Of a stretch of 64,000 nt of DNA, positions 1-12,834 are shown in pieces (within the stretch, counting starts at the first letter, position 1; every line of letters begins with the position of its first letter). The notes below the pieces were generated by a model. It ran no database searches. It saw only the letters and a program-made list of their open reading frames with translations, and had not been told where the DNA came from. A program made the position numbers and the translations under genes. The stretch covers positions 434,001-498,000 of the forward strand of contig OX597818.1 in NCBI GenBank assembly GCA_951406725.2. The letters run 5' to 3'. This stretch comes from Octopus vulgaris (taxonomy: Eukaryota).

Positions 1-2
1 AA

Positions 3-390
3 CTATGCTGGTTCATAGATATAGCATGCCCAGCTGAGAATAAGGTATGTGATAAGGAAGAAAGAAAAGTCGAGAGATATGACAGGTTAGTTTGGGAAGT
101 TAAGCAGTTGTGGTCGATGAAAAAGGTAACAGTAGTACCAATAATTGTCAGAGCCCTGGGGACAGTGAGTTAAAATCTCACGAAGTATGTGGAACAAATG
201 GGGGCTGCAATAAAGGTGGAGCACTTGCAGAAAACAGCACTGCTTGGAACCGCTCGAATACTCCGGAAGATGCCCGCAAAATAAGAAGTGTTACCTTAGT
301 TCACTGGTAGTGAAGAGCTGACACTAGTACATCTCCAGCATTAGAAGCTTTGCAAAGGCAACAAACAACAACAATAATAATAATAATGAT
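3..390 (+). mobile_element. 3' fragment of an R4/Dong-like non-LTR retrotransposon (restriction-like endonuclease end) with (CAA)n/(TAA)n tail
   Basis: Frame from 3 reads LCWFIDIACPAENKVCDKEERKVERYDRLVWEVKQLWSMKKVTVVPIIVRALGTVS*...LQKTALLGTARILRKM (stop 282-284). The ID..P...KE..K..Y, VVPIIV.ALG and QKTALLGTARILR motifs are typical of R4/Dong REL ends. A TAA repeat follows. Confidence 0.8.
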
Positions 391-596
391 TTAAGTACAA
401 GATCAGTAATTTTCAGGAGAGGGGATTATCATTTGACACCATCAACTTCAATATTTGAGGGGTACTTTATTCTATCAACCACTGCAAGGATGAAAGACAA
501 AGTTGACCTCAGCAGAGTTTCAACTCAGAATGTAAAGAGCTGAAACAAATTCTACAAAGCATTTTTTTCTGTTGCTCTAAAGATTCTGCCAGCTCA
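391..596 (-). mobile_element. Decayed tRNA-derived SINE (GGCGGCGAGCTGGCAGAA-type family)
   Basis: Shares GGATGAAAG(G/A)CAAAGTTGACCTC...AACTCAGAATGTAAAG core with the copies at 9110, 18211 and 20940. Confidence 0.7.
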
Positions 597-1327
597 TTAC
601 TGCTGCTGCAGTAACAGCAACAACGATGATGATAATAATGAGGCAGCGGATAATGATGCCATCCATAATGCTGTTGATAACAATGGTGCAAATAGTGACA
701 CAAATGGAGTAGAAATGAATATAAGGACAATCTTGATATTGGCAATGAATGAAGTGAGGTTTTCTAACATAACTAGAAATAAACAAAACTTAAAATAATG
801 CGAATTGGTGATATTCAAGCCTTTCTCAAGTACAGTAGTGATATAAATGAAGTGAAGCAGCTGCATCTGAGAAATGAACCTGGAGAGAGAAAATGTGTGC
901 CTGAATTCAGTTCATTAAATGAAATGCAAAAGAAACACCAAAATTATCATATTTTCAGGTTAACTACTTTCAGATTGGTGTTACTAACTAGTTTTACTAA
1001 TTAAATATTTATGGTAACTATTAACTATGAATGTTTGATTCTTTAAAAATAGATTTAATGTTCTTAAATTACAGATGAGTTTTAAGGTGGGAAAATCTAG
1101 AATTCTAATAAAAGCAATAAACCACATTACACCATAACAACTATTGTAGTTAATGTATACAAGAGAGGGCGCTGTAATGATACTGTATGAAATGTCTGTG
1201 AATTATGGCATTAGGGCTATTTCCAATATTTCCAACAGGATAAACAGTCATGACAAGAACAACCATCATGGATATCATTTCTGTAGTTACTTTCCACTTC
1301 CACTTCACTCCAAGCTAGGATGGATAT

Positions 1328-1562
1328 GTGGAGATGCGTGGCTTAGTGGTTAGGGTGTCAGCATCATGATCGTTAGATTGTGGTTTCGATTCCTGGACTG
1401 GGTGACGCATTGTGTTCTTGAGCAAAATACTTCATTTCACGTTGCTCCAGTCCACTCAGCTTGAAAAAAACGAGTAACGCTGCGATGGACTGGCGTCCCG
1501 TCCAGCTGGGGAACACATACGCCATAGAAACCGGGAAACCAGGCCCAGGAGCCTGGCTAGGA
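1328..1562 (+). mobile_element. tRNA-derived SINE with CORE-like and V-domain-like blocks
   Basis: A box TGGCTTAGTGG, B box GGTTTCGATTCC, then GTGTTCTTGAGCAAAATACTT and TGCGATGGACTGGCGTCCCGTCCAG. Confidence 0.75.
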
Positions 1563-2500
1563 TGGATACAGTGGCACAATGACAACTACAACATTTCCAG
1601 TTCAAAATTCATGTCCCTACATCCAATAACCCTATGTCACCAACATCACCATCTTAATCATCCGCCTCACCCTTTTTACATCTCACTGACTACGCTGGCA
1701 TGGGTTGCACAAAACATTTTCAGGTAGTCTTTTAAAACAGGGTATCTGTCCTAATGGTAACACTGTTATTGCCTCAAATAATAATTTTGGGAGATTGTAT
1801 GTGCGTTTTTGCATATACTGGAGAGAAGACTCCTGCAATAAATATAAAATAAACTCAAACTTTCAAAATCTATTTGGCTAATAGAATGTCAATGACCAAA
1901 ACCTTGACAGGATCTCTGAGGTTGGTAACAAGGATACAGTTGATGCTTAATGAGAGACAATAAAAGAACCATATAACCCTTAAGAAGAAGGGCAGTGACC
2001 CTGGCCCTTTCTAGGGGCCTCTGAGAATGGTGAGAGGAAGAAATAAAGGTATCCTCAAACTGGAGATTAGGCCTGAATACTTGCAACAGAACTGATCCAT
2101 TCACTAAAGGGACCCAAGGGCCAGATAATGGTGTTATACCAGATGACGAGATTTGCATTTAGAACACAAAGAGTACAATGACTACAACAAGGCACCCTAT
2201 CGGATCCCTTATTGGTTCCACTACTCTGACAGTGGGCTGGAACCCCAAAAGAATGAAAGGCAAAAGTGACCTCAGTAGGATTAGAAATCAGAATCTAAGG
2301 AGCCAGCCAAAATAATTTTGTCTGATGCACTTACAAGTCTGACAAAGGGATGTCTTGAATATGATAAGGCACCATTGTAAAAAATAACATAAACCACTGT
2401 TTGTGAGAAAGGTTTAAATGTGAGTTCATGTTATGTAAACATATAGATGACAGAATGTGATCAGGGTATAGAAGAAGCTAAATATGTATAAATATTGGTT

Positions 2501-2724
2501 GTATCCTTTTGATATTAATCCACCTGAGACTGCTCTTGGTTCTATGATACAAACATTTTGTTTTAAAGAGATCTAAATTAAAACTTTCTAACAAAATACC
2601 ATATTAATTTAAGTTCTAAATACCAGAGTAATAACAACAAAGTTATTTTACTAACTTCCTTGTTTTCAAAATTGAAACCAAAATTAGAGTATTTTCAGTA
2701 GAAATACAATAACAAAATGGTTAA
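2501..2724. mobile_element. Decayed TTAA-type (piggyBac-like) MITE
   Basis: Ends CCTTTTGATA... and ...TAACAAAATGGTTAA are degenerate versions of the CCCTTTCGTTAC/GTAACGAAAGGG-TTAA termini at 23253/24336. Confidence 0.45.
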
Positions 2725-4131
2725 GTCTTTCTAAACTACTGGCAACTTAATACAATAAATAAGCCACAGAACATCATATGACAACTTGGACAAGTTTGAA
2801 CCAGTTAATAAGGGACGTTTTATTAAATAGCTATTTGACCTGCTAGAAATAGCAGCCATATCTTCCTTAATTTCTCACACTTTATCATCTTTGAAAAAAT
2901 GTGGGAAGGGGGAAGACAAAATAATGTAGTCTTAGACATTCCATTGAAATAAATAAAAGATGGATGGTCATAGGTAGGATGCCTTAGATAACAGGTCTTA
3001 CATGATCAGGAATGACCTGACCTCACCAACAACAATAAATTGAATAACAATACAATACCTAAATCTTCACAACAAAGACTCTGGTTAAATTCTGCTGTGT
3101 GGTACCTATGGTAAATGTTTTAAAGTCATGAGTTGAATAATATATCATGACTAGAATTTGGCAGTCAGAAACTGTTCAAAAGCCCAGTGAAAATATTTAT
3201 ATATGATTTTCCTAGACATGGTGATACCTCCTTGTTGTTAGAACTCAATATACATATGTATTGGAATAAAGCATTAGGAGAGTACAGAGCATAACAAGAA
3301 TTGTCATTCCATTACTTCTTTCATACATACATACATCATGATTAAACATCTATGTTCCATGTTGAACAATTTGACAAGATACAATGGGTCCAAGGGCTGC
3401 ATTATGCCCCTGTGTCTACTTTAGCATGACTTTTATTGCTGGATGCCCTTCCTAATGTCAACCACTTTACAGCATGTTCTGGGTGCTTTTTTGTGCCACC
3501 AGCATTAGTAGAATTGTGATGCAACTTGCAAGGCTCTGAACCCAGAGAAAAGTGGCTTTATGCTAGAAGATGAGTGGTTAAGATATGAGTGAAGGAGCCA
3601 GAGCAGAAGAGAATGGAGCTGGATGGAGCTAGGAAGAGATAAAAATAGTAGTGAGGAAGTGTCTGGATGAACCTTCAAAGTACAAAGTGAGTAGAAGTGG
3701 GGTCAAAACTAGATGTTAGCAGGAGTGTGTGGGATAGGGGGCGAGGAGAGGCATGAAGTGCAGGCATGGCTTTATAGATACAGGGCTTATTTCTTAACTA
3801 TGTGGTTTTAAGTTCAATCTCACTATGTGGCGCTTATGTGTCTTCTATGGGGGAATCAGATCAACCAATATTCTGTGAGAAGAATTGAGAAGCAAAAAAT
3901 GTATGTATATGTGTATTTACATTCTGCATTTGAAACAAAGCAGAAACATTATTTTGACATTCCCTACCAACAATTCATCCTCTAGCTTTGCACTTACTAG
4001 ACAAACTCATAAATGTTAGCAGTAGGAAGGACATCTGGCTGTAAAAACAATGTGTCAAAAATATGTACTCTGTCAATGCATGTTAGCTTGAAAAATGGAC
4101 TAAACAATATATATATATATATATATATAGA

Positions 4132-5358
4132 CAGGGGTTGGACAAAATAATGGAAACACCTAAAAATTTCAAACAAATTTATTTAAATATGGGTAGGACT
4201 ATGGACTTGTACAAAGTTTGAATTGTTTCCAAAAGAATTTTTGTCCATTCTTCAGCTAAAACAGTCTCCAGTTCTTGAAGTAATGATGGTCGAGGATATC
4301 GACTCCTTACTTGTTTTTCTAAAATGCACCATAAATGTTCAATGATATTGAGATCTGGGGACTGTGGTGGCCAGATAAGATGTTCAACTTCACTAGAATG
4401 TTCCTTGTGCTATTCAGTAACAAGTTTAGCTGTGTGAATTGGTGCATTAACATCCTGAAAGATTTCATTTCCCTCCAGAAACAGTTCTGCAACCATAGGA
4501 TGAATTTGATCAAATAAAATGCTTGAATAGTTTTGACTATCAATTCTGCCATGAAGAGAAACCAGTGGCTGACAGATTTCCAAGATATAGCTCCCCAAAT
4601 CATCACAGATCCTCCTCCATGTTTAACAGCTGGAAGAAGGCAGTCTGGGTCAAATGCTTCTTTTGGCTGTCTCCACATGTATACTTGGTCGGTGATCAGA
4701 AATAAGGTAAAAGATGACACATCCGAGAAAATGACATTCTTCTACTGCTCTAGGGACCAATTCTGTAGGTTTTTTACTCCACTCTAAATGCTTTGCAACA
4801 TTTGTTTTTGAAAATAGTGGTTTTCTGATTGCAGCCCTCTTGTGAAATCCGGCTTTGTGCAGCTTTCAGCGAACAATTCTTGTGGAAACTGGGTTCTCGA
4901 GGTGGTCATTAAGCTCTGCAGTAATTTAGGGAGCTGTACTTTTGTGATCCTTTCTAACAATTCGCGTAAGAGTCCGACGGTCCCTATCTGAAATTTTTGG
5001 TTTTCTTCCGGAGTTTTATTTCGACAAGGAAGTTTTCCCCTCTTTCTCAAAGGCTGTCATTACTTTTGAGACAGTACTTCTTGATACACCAAACATTTCG
5101 ACTGTTTTTGTTATGCTAGCACCTGCCATACGAACACCAACAATTTGACCTCTTTGAAAGTCTGATAGATCTGTCATTTTAATGAATTTTAATTACCTTT
5201 TTTTGATGATATCTGAAAAGAAACAGCAATTTTAGCAAAACATATAAAGCAACACAAATAATAAATAAAAAAACATAAAAATAAACAAGCTTTTGATGGT
5301 TTCATAGATATTTCAAAATTATGATGCTACGTGTTTCCATTATTTTGTCAAACCCCTG
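4132..5358 (-). mobile_element. Tc1-like DNA transposon, DD36E (Incomer-type), defective transposase
   Basis: 28 bp TIRs CAGGGGTTGGACAAAATAATGGAAACAC (1 mismatch) in TA-rich flanks. ATG at 5177 gives MTDLSDFQRGQIVGVRMAGAS...; also KHGGGSVMIWGAI and QD(D>V)NAPIH-...-WPPQSPDLNIIE with 36 residues between the second catalytic position and E. Stops and frameshifts present. Confidence 0.92.
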
Positions 5359-5361
5359 TGT

Positions 5362-5381
5362 ATATAGATAGATAGATAGAT

Positions 5382-5435
<54 letters not shown>

Positions 5436-5500
5436 GATAGATAGATAGATAGATGATAGATAGATAGATAGATAGATAGACAGGCAGGCAGACAGACAGA
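5362..5500. repeat. (GATA)n / (GACA)n microsatellite
   Basis: Direct reading. Confidence 0.95.
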
Positions 5501-6604
5501 TACAGATATAGATATATACACAAACACACACACACAAGAGATAATGAGATGGTAAAGGAATGATTCAGTGGACTCAAAGTTGAGTGCCTGAGTAAATTCT
5601 TATAGTTTCATTAGAGCCTCAAATATGAAGTGCAATTTTATTTGGGAAAAGAATAGATAGGAAAAAGCATTACCAGCAAACACTTTGTCCTGAAGAATAT
5701 GTATACTGAGTTCTACACTAGGTTATCAGTCTCACAATGCCTAAGTGAAATATATATATATTATTGTGCGTGTGTGTTTATATCTATGAGTAATGTGTAT
5801 TAGTGAATGATGTAAATATTGACAAGAAAATCAATTAATTAGTATGTTTCAAAAAGATCATTTGTGATATTTGCTTTGCACTAAGTTACAGACACTCTCT
5901 TACCATATATGAAATAAACCAGTGATTGGCTCACTGCAAATTTGGAACCAATGATGCTACTGCTCAAACAATGCCATACATAATTAATGTTTAACACCAA
6001 CAACATCGAACACCTTACAGGTCACTTTGCACAAAGTGAATAACATAAGGTAAATTCTTGTACAGGAGGAGGTGATGGTAGTGGTGAGTGGAGGCACCAA
6101 TCTGAAAACTAAACATATTTGACTAGGCAAACTACAAGATGCCATCAGTCAGAATGTAAAAATATAAATAAGGAAGTATTACTTCCAACAGAGTAACTCT
6201 TACAAACTGCCTTGTGAGAGAGATGTTGTGTGTAGACTAGGTAGAAGATGTGTTATATATATTACCCACATAGTAGAAAAGACACACACACACAAAACCA
6301 TGTGGGGAAATATGGAATATTCAGTTAAGTTTCATTAATCCTTCAAACATATAATTAAAGGCTTTGCAAACAAGTCCATCCCACTTTTCCCTAATTAGAT
6401 CCAAAATATGCTTTATATTTTTGTTTTTCTTGCTAAGAAAGATGCAACAAGGGTGTGATTTGGCTGTTATTTCTAGTTGCTTAAACAATCATACAGAAGC
6501 TTCCTGGTGGAAATTTTTTATTGCTTTGAGATATTTCTTTATCTTACATTCATGTTTTGTTTTTTGAAGAAAAATTAATGGAACTATTTATGAAGAACAC
6601 TTTC

Positions 6605-6870
6605 ACATATAGTTATACACATATATAAATATAATTATACATACATATGTACATAACTATATACATATATGCACATAACTATATACATGTAGTTTATATA
6701 TACATATGCACATATATATATTTATATACATGTATAGTTACACACACATACATATATACACACATACACACAAATAACTAAACACATATAGTTTATATAC
6801 ACACATATATACACATAACTATATACATATAGCTTATAAACACATATATACATACCTATATATATGCACT
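6605..6870. repeat. TA/CA-rich degenerate minisatellite (ACATAACTATATACATAT-like units)
   Basis: Direct reading. Confidence 0.7.
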
Positions 6871-9109
6871 GCAATGTGTTATACTATTTAAACAAATAAA
6901 TATCAGAATAGTGACCTACCAATGGACCCACAACAAAACATCATTAATTCCCAATGGGTAGCTCAACTGAACCATAAACCACTGGTCCCACATCAAGTAA
7001 CAAACATCACATTGGTCAATCAGATAGAAATAATCAAGACAGTCTTTTTTTTTACAGTTGAAGTAACCAGCCACAAAGGGTGAAGTGATGGACAGAGAGA
7101 GAGAGAAAGAGGTAGGGAGGTTGTAGTGAAATATAGCAGTATTAATTTACTTACTGGTGGAACACTAGTAGTAATTGTTATCTTGGTTTAGATGGAAGTC
7201 AAAGTTTTATACATATATACACTAATATATATATATATATATATACACATACGTATGTGTGTGTGTATGTGTGCTGTCTTAGTACACCTGTTTGTATAAA
7301 GATACCACTAAGAGAAAGCCGAGAAGAATATCAGAATATAAGCAAAAGAAATAAAAGATAAAAGAGAGAAAGAAAGGAAAGAAAGAATGTTGCTTGAATT
7401 ACTTGAGAAAATACTGAATTACTCAGTAAATCATTTTGAAGTATAAACACACACAACAGGCATATATACATGCTCACCTATATATACATGCATACACCTA
7501 CACACATATGGCCAGTCACCTCCATCCACACATGCTCATATATACAGTTGTAGACATATATACCCACATACATACATGTACTTGCACATATACCCAAACA
7601 TATAGACAAACCTATACACACATACATGCACTGATATTTTTATTTGCTCTCAAATAGTTGTTTACAAATATATTAATTTAATGAGTGTGTGGAGAGGGAG
7701 AGGGGCAGAGTAAGAGATGCATAGCTTTAGTTTGTAACTCTTATAAATACTTTCATTTTTTTTTTCTCTGAATTATATATGTGTAGATATGTATGCATAT
7801 ATATTCATTTGTGTGTAATTACATATAGGTAGGTTTCATTTTGTGGTTGACTGGTTTCTGTACTTTTTGTCCTCAACACCATCAACACCACCATCACCAT
7901 TATAATAATCACCATCACTACCACTACCGCCTCCACTACTAACAGTAAAAACTATTGATGACTGACAATAATATAAAAGAAAAACCCTCTTCAGTGAAAT
8001 GGTTTGGAGACAAGACTATTTGAATTACTAAGTATGAATGTAATAAAGAACAAAAATGGAACAAATTACACTACACACACACATGTATGTATGAAATATA
8101 TCAATAATTGTGAGGATGTGCCAGCAGCAACAGAAAAAGCGAGGTCAATGAAAATGCCTGGTGTTCAGAAAGGTATGAACAGGTGTATGTGTGTGTATGT
8201 TCATCAGTATGTGAATGTGACTTTATGATGGCAGAGAAATTTCACATAGTTTGGGAAGAGTGGAGGAAGAAGGTGGAGTTAAAGGAAGACTGGATGAGGA
8301 TTTACAATTAAAAGGTAGGAGGGGAAGAAATTAGGTTTGGAAAGAAAAAAAAAAAAAACAAAAGAAAAAATCAAATTGTATAGAAGAATAGTAAAGTCAA
8401 CAACAGTAAATTAAGTGATTTAGAGTTAGAGACAAGCATTGCCTTTTTTCTTTTTATTGTTTCAAATATGTTAAATTCTTGTCATTTGGCCATCATTTCA
8501 GCTGTTGATCATCTGTTTTATTTTCTGATATATACAGGAATAAATCAGAAGTCTGAGAATGGTAAATATCTGATGAGGTTAAATAATCTATGGTTGATTT
8601 TCTGTAAACAACCGATTAAGTAGTGAATGACACAAGATATAGCTAGAAAGAGTAGTCAAATCTATCAAATCACACTCTACTATCCTATTAGCTACAACCA
8701 GGTTCATGATGAGATTTTATCTTCAGGATGGTCAGTTGGAATACCTTTGGTCATAGGTCTAAGCACTCACCTGGAGCTTAATAAAAACAACAGTGAATTC
8801 ATAACCCATTTCCTCAATCCATTTTAAAGATAGAATTTTATAAAGAAGCACTTTTAATAACCAATGTCTCATGTATTATTAAAAGAGGAGCTATATTCCT
8901 GGAAAAAAAAACAAAAAAAACAAAAACAGGAGTGTATCATCTAATTCACTTCATGGAAATCTCAACTTCAGACTCAATGGTCATTTCAAACACTGACTAC
9001 AAACATATCACAGCTCTAGCGGTGATCGTCACTACATCAATCTTATTTTAAATTTCATTTCTATTGACCTATACACCTGAGTGGCATCTTTGACTTGGAC
9101 AATAATAGG

Positions 9110-9320
9110 AATCCTTCTTACTGCACATGGCCTGAAATGGGTGGGGGGTAGCTAGTCAATTACATCAACCTCAGTGCTCAACTGGTACTTATTTCATTGA
9201 CCCTGAATGGATGAAAGGCAAAGTTGATCTCAACTGAATTTGAACTCAGAACATAAAGACAGACAAAATACATAAAGCATTTTACCCAGTGTGCTAATGA
9301 TTCTGTCAGCTTGTTACCAT
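9110..9320 (-). mobile_element. tRNA-derived SINE, same family as 18211-18424
   Basis: CAACTGGTACTTATTTCATTGACCC...GGATGAAAGGCAAAGTTGA...TTTGAACTCAGAAC. Confidence 0.75.
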
Positions 9321-9337
9321 AAGTTTTAGCATAAGTA

Positions 9338-10626
9338 CATCATTATCATCATCATCATTTAACGTCCGCTTTCCATGCTAGCATGGGTTGGACGGTTCAA
9401 CTGGGGTCTGGGGAGCCCGAAGGCTGCACCAGGCCAGTCAGATCTGGCAGTGTTTCTACAGCTGGATGCCCTTCCTAACGCCAACCACTCCGAGAGTGTA
9501 GTGGGTGATTTTATGTGCCACCGACACAGGTGCCAGACGAGGCTGGCGAACGGCCACGCTCGGATGGTGTTTTTTTGTGCCACCGACACAGGTGCCAGAC
9601 GAGGCTGGCAGACGGCCATGCTTGGATGGTGTTTTTATGTGCCACCGACACAGGTGCCAGATGAGGCTGGCGAACAGCCACGATCGGATGGTGTTTGTTA
9701 CGTGCCCACAGCACGGAGGCCAGTCGATGCAGTACTGGCTATGGCCACGTTCGGATGGTTTTCTTGTGTGCCACCGGCACTGGTACCACAAAGTTACAAA
9801 TTCCATTGATGTTCATCTATTTTGATTTGATTTTCACTTGCCTCAACAGGTCTTCACAAGTGTCACAAGAAGGAAGGTATGCACAGGTGGACTGACTACG
9901 TCCCAGGTAGGGGCCACGGGTTATGGCCCGACTAGTCTTGCCGGGTCTTCGGATGGTGTTTTTATGTGCCACCGACACAGGTGCCAGATGAGGCTGGCGA
10001 ACGGCCACGATCGGATGGTGTTTGTTATGGCCTGACTAGTCTTGCCGGGTCTTCGGATGGTGTTTTTATGTGCCACCGACACAGGTGCCAGATGAGGCTG
10101 GCGAACGGCCACGATCGGATGGTGTCTGTTATGTGCCCACAGCACGGAGGCCAGTCGATGCGGTACTGGCTACGGCCACGTTTGGATGGTTTTCTTGTGT
10201 GCCACCGGCACTGGTACCACAAAGATACAAATTCCATTGATGTTTATCTATTTTGATTTGTTTTGATTTGATTTTCACTTGCCTCAACAGGTCTTTACAA
10301 GTGTCACAAGAAGGAAGGTATGTACAGGTGGACTGACTACGTCCCAGGTAGGGGCCACGGGTTATGGCCTGACTAGTCTTGCCGGGTCTTCTCACGCACA
10401 GCATACTTTCATAGGTCTCGGTCACTAGTCATTTCCTTGGTGAGACCTAAAGTTCAAAGGTCGTGCTTCACCACCTCGTCCCAGGTTTTCCTGGGTCTAC
10501 CTCTTCCACAGGTTCCCACAACTGCTAGGGTGTAGCACTTTTGCACACAACTATCTTCAGCCATTCTCGTCACATGACCATACCAGCGCAGCCGTTTCTC
10601 TTGCACACCACAACTGACGCTTCTTA
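9338..10626 (-). mobile_element. 5'-truncated RTE-clade LINE: ORF C-terminus plus 3'UTR with internal tandem repeats and (GAT)n tail
   Basis: ORF 10454-10696 has RLRWYGHVTRMAEDSCVQKC...GRGRPRKTWDEVVKHDL. (CAT)n at 9338-9358. Same family as 44961-46893. Confidence 0.9.
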
Positions 10627-11544
10627 CAAGGCTAGAAATTTTTTTTCTGTGAGAGGGAAGGAGAAGTAAACCAATGAAATCAATACTGCACTTCATTGAT
10701 ATGTTTTATATAATCAACCTCAGAAGAATAAACAGCACAGGTGATTTTGGTGGTATTTGCAGCGTCTAAAGAGGCAAAATAAATATCAAAAAGGAATTTT
10801 TTCAATGCTCTAACAAATCTGTTAGTCTACCACAATTGGATGATGAGATGAATCAAGTTCACACTACAAGTTTCTGTAGGCTACAGTTTTTCTTTGCATC
10901 AATACTATCACCATTATGAGAGAGGCTATATGGTACTAGCCTCTCTCATGTCAGCTATGAATGTTCTGTGTCATGTAGCATTTGGTCTGCCACCCTTTTT
11001 CCCCTTTCCAATGGTGTCCCTTTTAGAATGGCATTGTTCCAGTAGCCACAATATATAACCTGCTAGTTTTTAATCTTGTTGAGATGATGTCACTAAATGA
11101 TCTTGTGTTGGCTCTGTTTTGGTAATGTAGTCTTGCTAATACTATCTCTGTTATGTGATGTGGTCAAGCTTGTGAAAGTGGAGACCTCTGACATTCTTGG
11201 CTTCCTCAGACCATATTCCTGCTCACCACCATTGCGGCGGAGATGCTATCTGCAAATGTGAGCTCAGTAAGTCAGAGTGACTGTTCCAGTGCATCTCTCT
11301 TGCCATCCTGCAGGGCAACACTTTTTTCATTTTGTCAGCTGATACTATGAAGTGATCTGAATTACAGGGAATCAAAAGAATTTGTACAACTTACTATACA
11401 AACAATAAACTTGTTTTTTTATATTATCCTTTTCATTGCATATATCTTAATGATGCCAACTAATAATTACGAGTTTGTTTTGCAAGATTCCTGATGTGAA
11501 AATGTGTGCTGAAACAGATATGATTATATTTTGGGATTTTCTTT

Positions 11545-11935
11545 TGTTCTTTTACTTGTTTCAATCATTTGACTGCGGCCATGCTGGGGCACCACCTTCA
11601 GAGATTTTAGTTGAACAAATCAACCCTAGGACTTTCTTTTTAAAGCCTAGTACTTATTTTATCAGTCTCTTTTGCTGAACTGCTATATTACAGGGGCATA
11701 TACACACCAATACCATTTGTCAAGCGGTAATGGGAGACAAACACAAACACACATAAAGATATACATATATATACACATGGCAGGCTTCTTTCAGTTTCCA
11801 TCTACCAAATCCACTCACAAGGCTTCGGTTGACCCAAGACTATATAGTAGAAGACACTTGCCCAAGGTGTCATGCAGTGGGACTGAACCCAGGACCATGT
11901 GGTTGAGAAGTAAGCTTCTTACCATACAGCCAGGC
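11545..11935 (-). mobile_element. Abundant tRNA-derived SINE (GGCTGTGTGGTAAG...GACTGAAACAAGTAAAAGA family)
   Basis: Matches copies at 12450, 21340, 25404, 35355 and 54138; B-box-like GGTTCAGTCCCA on the minus strand. Confidence 0.85.
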
Positions 11936-12449
11936 TTGTGCCTGTCATCCCCCTCCCCAATAAATACATGCACCAAATAAATACATGACCATCCTGAACT
12001 ATCACAATAAACTAACAATATAAACCAGTAAAAGATATTAACATTTTGACAAACAGGAAGGTGATGGTGACAATGATAATGGTGGTTGTGATAGCAATGA
12101 TCACTGAAATATAAGTAAAGCCACCACTAAATCTCAATGATCTACATCATAAGTAGGAAGATGGTATTTTTTTCAGGTGAAACCAAATAATAATCCAATT
12201 AATTTCCAGTCTCAAACCTCCCCTATACCAACCTTTATATATTATCTATATGACACAGTTGAGTAGACAAGAAGAGTGTTAAGGGATTGTCAAGTGATAC
12301 ACAGTTCAGTGAAGCTGGCAGCACATACATACAATCCATTATTCCAATGACTGAGGTGAACCAGTTCATTTCAAATTCAGATGAATGGAATTTTTTAATG
12401 AAAAAAATTACAAATAATTGTAATATAATTCAGTGAGTGGATATTATGT

Positions 12450-12810
12450 TATTCTTTAACTTGTTTTAATCATTTGACTGTACCCAGCCTTGAAGGGTTT
12501 TAGTCAAACAGTCAACCACAGCACTTATCTTTTTAAAGCCTAGTACTTATTCTATTGGTCTCTTTTGCTGAACCACTAAATTATGAGGATGTAAACACAC
12601 AAACTGGTTGTCAAGCAGTGATGTAGTGGGGGCAACAAACACAGACACAAAGAAACACACACACACATATGACAGGCTTCTTTCAGTTTCTGTCTATTGG
12701 TCAGCCTGAGGCTATAGAAGATACTTACCCAAGGTGTCATGCAGTGGGTCTGAACCCAGAACCCTGTGGTTGGGAAGCAAGTTTCTTATCACACAGCCAC
12801 AACTGCACCC
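12450..12810 (-). mobile_element. tRNA-derived SINE (same family as 11545-11935)
   Basis: AAGCCTAGTACTTATTCTATTGGTCTCTTTTGCTGAACC and CAGTGGGTCTGAACCCAGAACC. Confidence 0.8.
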
Positions 12811-12834
12811 ATAAAAATTATCTCTCTCTCTCTC

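Noticed and set aside
597-879. Acceptor ttttctctctccag at 880 followed by a hydrophobic ORF as the next PHLDB exon
   Set aside because: The phase-1 frame needed after exon 19576 stops within ~21 codons; the open frame runs into low-complexity sequence and shows no PHLDB similarity
1333-1410. tRNA-like sequence with A and B boxes
   Set aside because: It continues into a SINE body and lacks a convincing cloverleaf, so it is a SINE head; the same applies to the other SINE copies
5302-5577. IYLS-repeat ORFs
   Set aside because: Translations of the (GATA)n microsatellite
9510-10120. Regularly repeated ~60 bp units resembling a CRISPR array
   Set aside because: No unique spacers, no cas genes, eukaryotic context; they are RTE 3'UTR tandem repeats
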